NCBI GenBank assembly: GCA_905178155.1
Contig: CAJINV010000003.1
Coordinates: 6,105,985 to 6,169,984 of the forward strand
Origin: Amoebophrya sp. A120
Lineage: Eukaryota; Protista; Dinoflagellata
Length of the DNA: 64,000 nucleotides
Direction of reading: 5' to 3'
The notes under the pieces were generated by a model. That model made no database searches and had not been told where the DNA came from. It saw only the letters and a list, made by a program, of their open reading frames with translations. The position numbers were made by a program, and so were the translations under genes. Within the stretch, counting starts at the first letter, position 1. Each line of letters opens with the position of its first letter. Below are positions 60,489-64,000 of the stretch, one piece after another.

Positions 60489-62270
60489 TTAAGTTGGTCG
60501 ATTGGAATGGTGTAGAATTTTTCTTCGCAAATATCGCTGCTTCTCCTTCGGAGTGCGAAGCTGTGCCCATTCGGCCACAGCTATGTGAATGACTTCATAC
60601 CCCAACTTTCCTAGCAGGTGGTGCTTCAGCCTCGTCGTCGCAGTCATAGGCGAATTCAAATCGTACCACCTTGGTAGTGCCTTGCTCAGGGCGTCCACTT
60701 CTCGATCCAAAGTGTCCTCTGCAGTCTCCCGCATGGGAATCCTCCCTGTTGCTCGCATCTGCTTTCTACCATCGGCACAACGTTCGACCGTGGCTACAGG
60801 GTTTTTCTTCCCGCTCCGGCACTCCGCACGCCGTCCATCATCCGCTTTGTGCAGCCGCGTGTCAGCATCTTCAGAGGATTCTTCCCCTGCTTCTCTGGGA
60901 TCTTCCGGGTTCGGTTTCTCGGATTCGAGCAAATCTGGACGCGGACGTAAGAATTCGTCGACCACCTCTTGGTCGCCCTGCATGATACCCTTCTGCCTAG
61001 CACTTGCTTCGTCCCGGAACGCGCTGCAATGCGCTTCTACACCTGGCGCGACGAGGTCGTCTAATACTTCCGGGGGGGAGGAGGGGAACGCGCATGGATC
61101 TGCTAACTGTCGGTAGTAGTGCATGGGACCCTGGGCCTCCAACGCCACGTGCCGTGTCAGCAGCGGCGTTTTCGACGGGAGCAAGAAGTCGATCTGGTAG
61201 GGGCCTACGGTTACTTCGGACTCGAACTCAAACTCGGCACCGCATGCCACCTCAAGGTTTCTCCGAAGGTCGCGCTGGAACGCCGAGTTGGTGTGCGAGT
61301 ACTCGGGCATCGCGCCTGCGAAGCGCACTTTCCGCAGCCAGCCCCAGACCAAAGGCGGCACACGCTGCTTCCAGAATTTCGTGCGCAGCGCGATCTCCAG
61401 AACCTTCATCTGCGACAGGGCAGCGTGCGGCTTATTGTTGTTCGTCAGGACCAGCGAGCCGTCTTTCCCGTGTATGTGCGCGTTCGGAACGGACAACACG
61501 CGCTGAGAGTCCCGAAACAGCTGCACAGCAAGATCCGCGGTCTCGACGCCGAAATACGCCATTGCCAGCAACAAATTGCACGCCGATTTCAAACCGCCAA
61601 CCTGACGCCGCGTGTCCGGAAACTGGTTTATTTCAGTGGCGCTTCCTGCGGCAGCAAATTCAGGATGTCCAAGCGGGAGCCGCCCTGTGGCAAGGCAATG
61701 ATCCTCGGCCTTATCATCGACTTCGTCAATGTCATCCAATAGAAGTACATCATCCGCTTCCACCGCTTCATCTTCAGAGCCTTGCGTCATTGAAAAAACC
61801 GGAGTTGGGGCTTCAGACGCAATCGCATCGGCTGGCTCGGCTGCTGTTGTCTCCCGATCATGGCTTTTCTCCTCAGCTCGTGGGATCCGGCCGTCAGGCT
61901 GTGCTAGTACGATCTGCTCAAAAATGCGCGGCTCCCAGAGATCCAAACGGAAGAGCTCGTAGGCAACTAGAGAAGGGTATCGAAGCGCGATGCCGCTGTC
62001 GTGGATGCGATCCGTAACCGCGGCTAAAACTTCCGCTGGCGGGCGCAAATGCATCCGGCCCAAGGCTCGTAACAGAAAAATCAAATCGCGGGGGCTCAGC
62101 TCGTCTCTGCTCTGCTGGCACTCGTCCCGCACCCCATTTCGATGTTGCCACCTCCGGAGGTACTTCGGGCTGAAGATCTTTCGATCCGTCGTGAAAAAAA
62201 CCCTCGGAAACATGCGCAAGGAGGAGCAACTCTGGAAAATCGATAGCTCCTGCTGCAGAGTGAACTTGTC
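60489..62270 (-). CDS. RAP-domain (FASTK-like) RNA-binding protein; 5' end unresolved
   Basis: SAFQRDLRRNL...FESEVTVGPYQIDF...VALEAQGPMHYY...TTRLKHHLLGKLGYEVIHIAVAEWAQLRTPKEKQRYLRRKI, with a long insertion inside the RAP domain. Upstream helical-repeat-like ELSPRDLIFLLRALGRMHLRP. Confidence 0.85.
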   Translation of the reverse strand, partial: DKFTLQQELSIFQSCSSLRMFPRVFFTTDRKIFSPKYLRRWQHRNGVRDECQQSRDELSPRDLIFLLRALGRMHLRPPAEVLAAVTDRIHDSGIALRYPSLVAYELFRLDLWEPRIFEQIVLAQPDGRIPRAEEKSHDRETTAAEPADAIASEAPTPVFSMTQGSEDEAVEADDVLLLDDIDEVDDKAEDHCLATGRLPLGHPEFAAAGSATEINQFPDTRRQVGGLKSACNLLLAMAYFGVETADLAVQLFRDSQRVLSVPNAHIHGKDGSLVLTNNNKPHAALSQMKVLEIALRTKFWKQRVPPLVWGWLRKVRFAGAMPEYSHTNSAFQRDLRRNLEVACGAEFEFESEVTVGPYQIDFLLPSKTPLLTRHVALEAQGPMHYYRQLADPCAFPSSPPEVLDDLVAPGVEAHCSAFRDEASARQKGIMQGDQEVVDEFLRPRPDLLESEKPNPEDPREAGEESSEDADTRLHKADDGRRAECRSGKKNPVATVERCADGRKQMRATGRIPMRETAEDTLDREVDALSKALPRWYDLNSPMTATTRLKHHLLGKLGYEVIHIAVAEWAQLRTPKEKQRYLRRKILHHSNRPT

Positions 62271-62379
62271 CCCTCGCAACTGCATGCACGGCCCCCTCGC
62301 AACTGCATGCACTTGTCCCCTCGCAACTGCATGGAATATCGATAGTTCCTGCGCGGCCCCCCCCCTCGCAACTGCATGC
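62270..62379. repeat. Four closely spaced copies of CCCCTCGCAACTGCATG
   Basis: Copies start at ~62270, ~62293, ~62317 and ~62362. Confidence 0.9.
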
Positions 62380-62704
62380 AGGCAGCTGCGCCGCCAACTA
62401 GACGGGCCCGGCTCGCCATCCCTCTTCGCAGAGTTCGCGCAGCAACCATAGGGGCCCACATGAGGCCGGTCGGAATCGGCCACGCATCGCGTTGCCCGAG
62501 CCGACTGCGTGCGACGCATGTTGCTGGGTCGGCCGTCAGCTATAGGGGGCCGGCGCCCAGCTTGACGCCCGCGCTGCGCGCCCGTGTTTCTGCGATTGCG
62601 CGCGCGAGCTCAACCGCAGAAGCATCTCACGGCCGCGATTTCTAATTTTTCGCGAGGTTTATGTTTGTCGTCGACAAACACAAATCTCGGGAAAGTTGGA
62701 GGCC

Positions 62705-62912
62705 CTCAACTCGTAAGTGCGCCCACCACTAGAGAAAATTTGTGTGGAGCGCACTTACGAGTTGAGAAAAGTGCAGCACACCATCGGGGGTGCGATTGAA
62801 ATGCTGCATTTTTCTCAACTCGTAAGTGCGCTCCACACAAATTGTCGAGAGCGCAGCGAGAAATTTCGCAACTTTTTCCAGAGCAAATCCAGAAAAGGTT
62901 GCGAAATTTCTC
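62705..62912. repeat. Cluster of long inverted repeats (hairpins)
   Basis: 42-bp arms at 62737-62778 and 62802-62843 (one mismatch); 21-bp arms at 62858-62878 and 62892-62912 (one mismatch); an extra 18-bp arm copy at 62705-62722. Confidence 0.92.
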
Positions 62913-64000
62913 AGAAATAGTAAAAAAGGGCGGAAATGGGCGCCGGCGGGCAGGCTCCGCCCGGTTGTGTGTGGTTGCGTGCATGTGGCTCGTCCATGTA
63001 GCTCACCCTCCAGACCACACCAGCCAAGGCTAGGAAGGCGCCGACCTCCTAACTATAGCTGAAGGACGGACCAACAACATGCGGCGCACCGTGGTGGGAT
63101 CAACGGTTGGGAGGCGCGGCCGGTTCAAACAGGCTCCATGTGTCCCCCATAGTAAGCTGCTGCGCGAACTCCGTAAAGAGGGGCGTTGGGGCCCGGTGCC
63201 TCTAGTTCGGGGGGCGGCTTGTTGCGTGCAGCTGCCGGGCCACAACAAGCGAACGGCGCGCGGCCACACCTGCCTGGCTTCGAGCCGAACAAATGGGGGC
63301 CGGGCGGTTTTCGTCGTACTTGGGCGCGCCAGGCCGGGCGGTGCGCGGCCCGTGTGGCAGGCTGGCGCGCTTGGGCAAATTTCTTCACCGAATCGCCTCG
63401 CGTTCTTTCTGGCGCTGGTGGCAAAATGCACGGGATGGCGCGTAGTTGCTCCAGGCGATTTGGGAAATTGCCGACGGGCCGGGTCGGGTAGGTTGGTAGC
63501 TACTGCGTGGCTGGGCGGGTTGCGTTTGGCGGGCCCCCGCGGCCGGGCGCATTGTTATTAGCAGGCCCGCCGCCCGGCTTAACGGATGCATGTGGCCACT
63601 ATAGTTGGCCAACCGAAGGAACATACGCAACGAGCCGCGGCCGGCGGGCATTTCGTACCCGCGGCGCGCCACCTACGTGAGGCCGGCTGGGAAAAGACAC
63701 CCAGGCGCGCAACGCGCGGGCCGGTCGCAAGGGGCGGGTGGGGCGGCTGCCAAGCCGGGGGGGCCATCCAAAACAACGCGCGGCGCACGCGGCTGGGCCA
63801 TGCAACTGGCCCGCCAGGTGCATGCAGCTGGCCCCTACGATTAGTTGCGGGCCCGTCCAATCCAAACTGTGGACGAGGGGCCAGGCGCTGTCGCCGACAT
63901 GCAGGCGCATGTTGCTTAGCGTAGCCCATCGCGGTCATGCGCCTATTGAAGCAGGGGCCCTGCTACCTTGGTGCCGCGAGTTAGTCAGGACTGGGCCCTT

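Overview
This is eukaryotic, intron-containing DNA, and every recognisable gene lies on the minus strand. Gene content (dinoflagellate-type C3H zinc finger, RAP-domain protein, two polycystin-2/TRPP-like channels, UNC119, SLC35A sugar transporter) and intron style suggest an alveolate, most likely a Syndiniales dinoflagellate such as Amoebophrya (inference). The main system is a set of ten 115-484 bp non-autonomous elements with TAT(C)...(G)ATA terminal inverted repeats and 5-bp target-site duplications (TSDs). Nine interrupt exons of four otherwise intact genes. Removing each element plus one TSD copy restores the reading frame, with no common GT-AG register, so they behave as non-canonical introner-type introns. 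The tenth sits inside a canonical intron. Dissimilar element families share an internal 9-mer, GCATSACAA. Other notable items are a TRPP gene with two tandem 6TM channel domains, a 2.46-kb 13-bp satellite and a cluster of long hairpins near 62.8 kb. All gene models were derived by eye, without RNA data or database searches.
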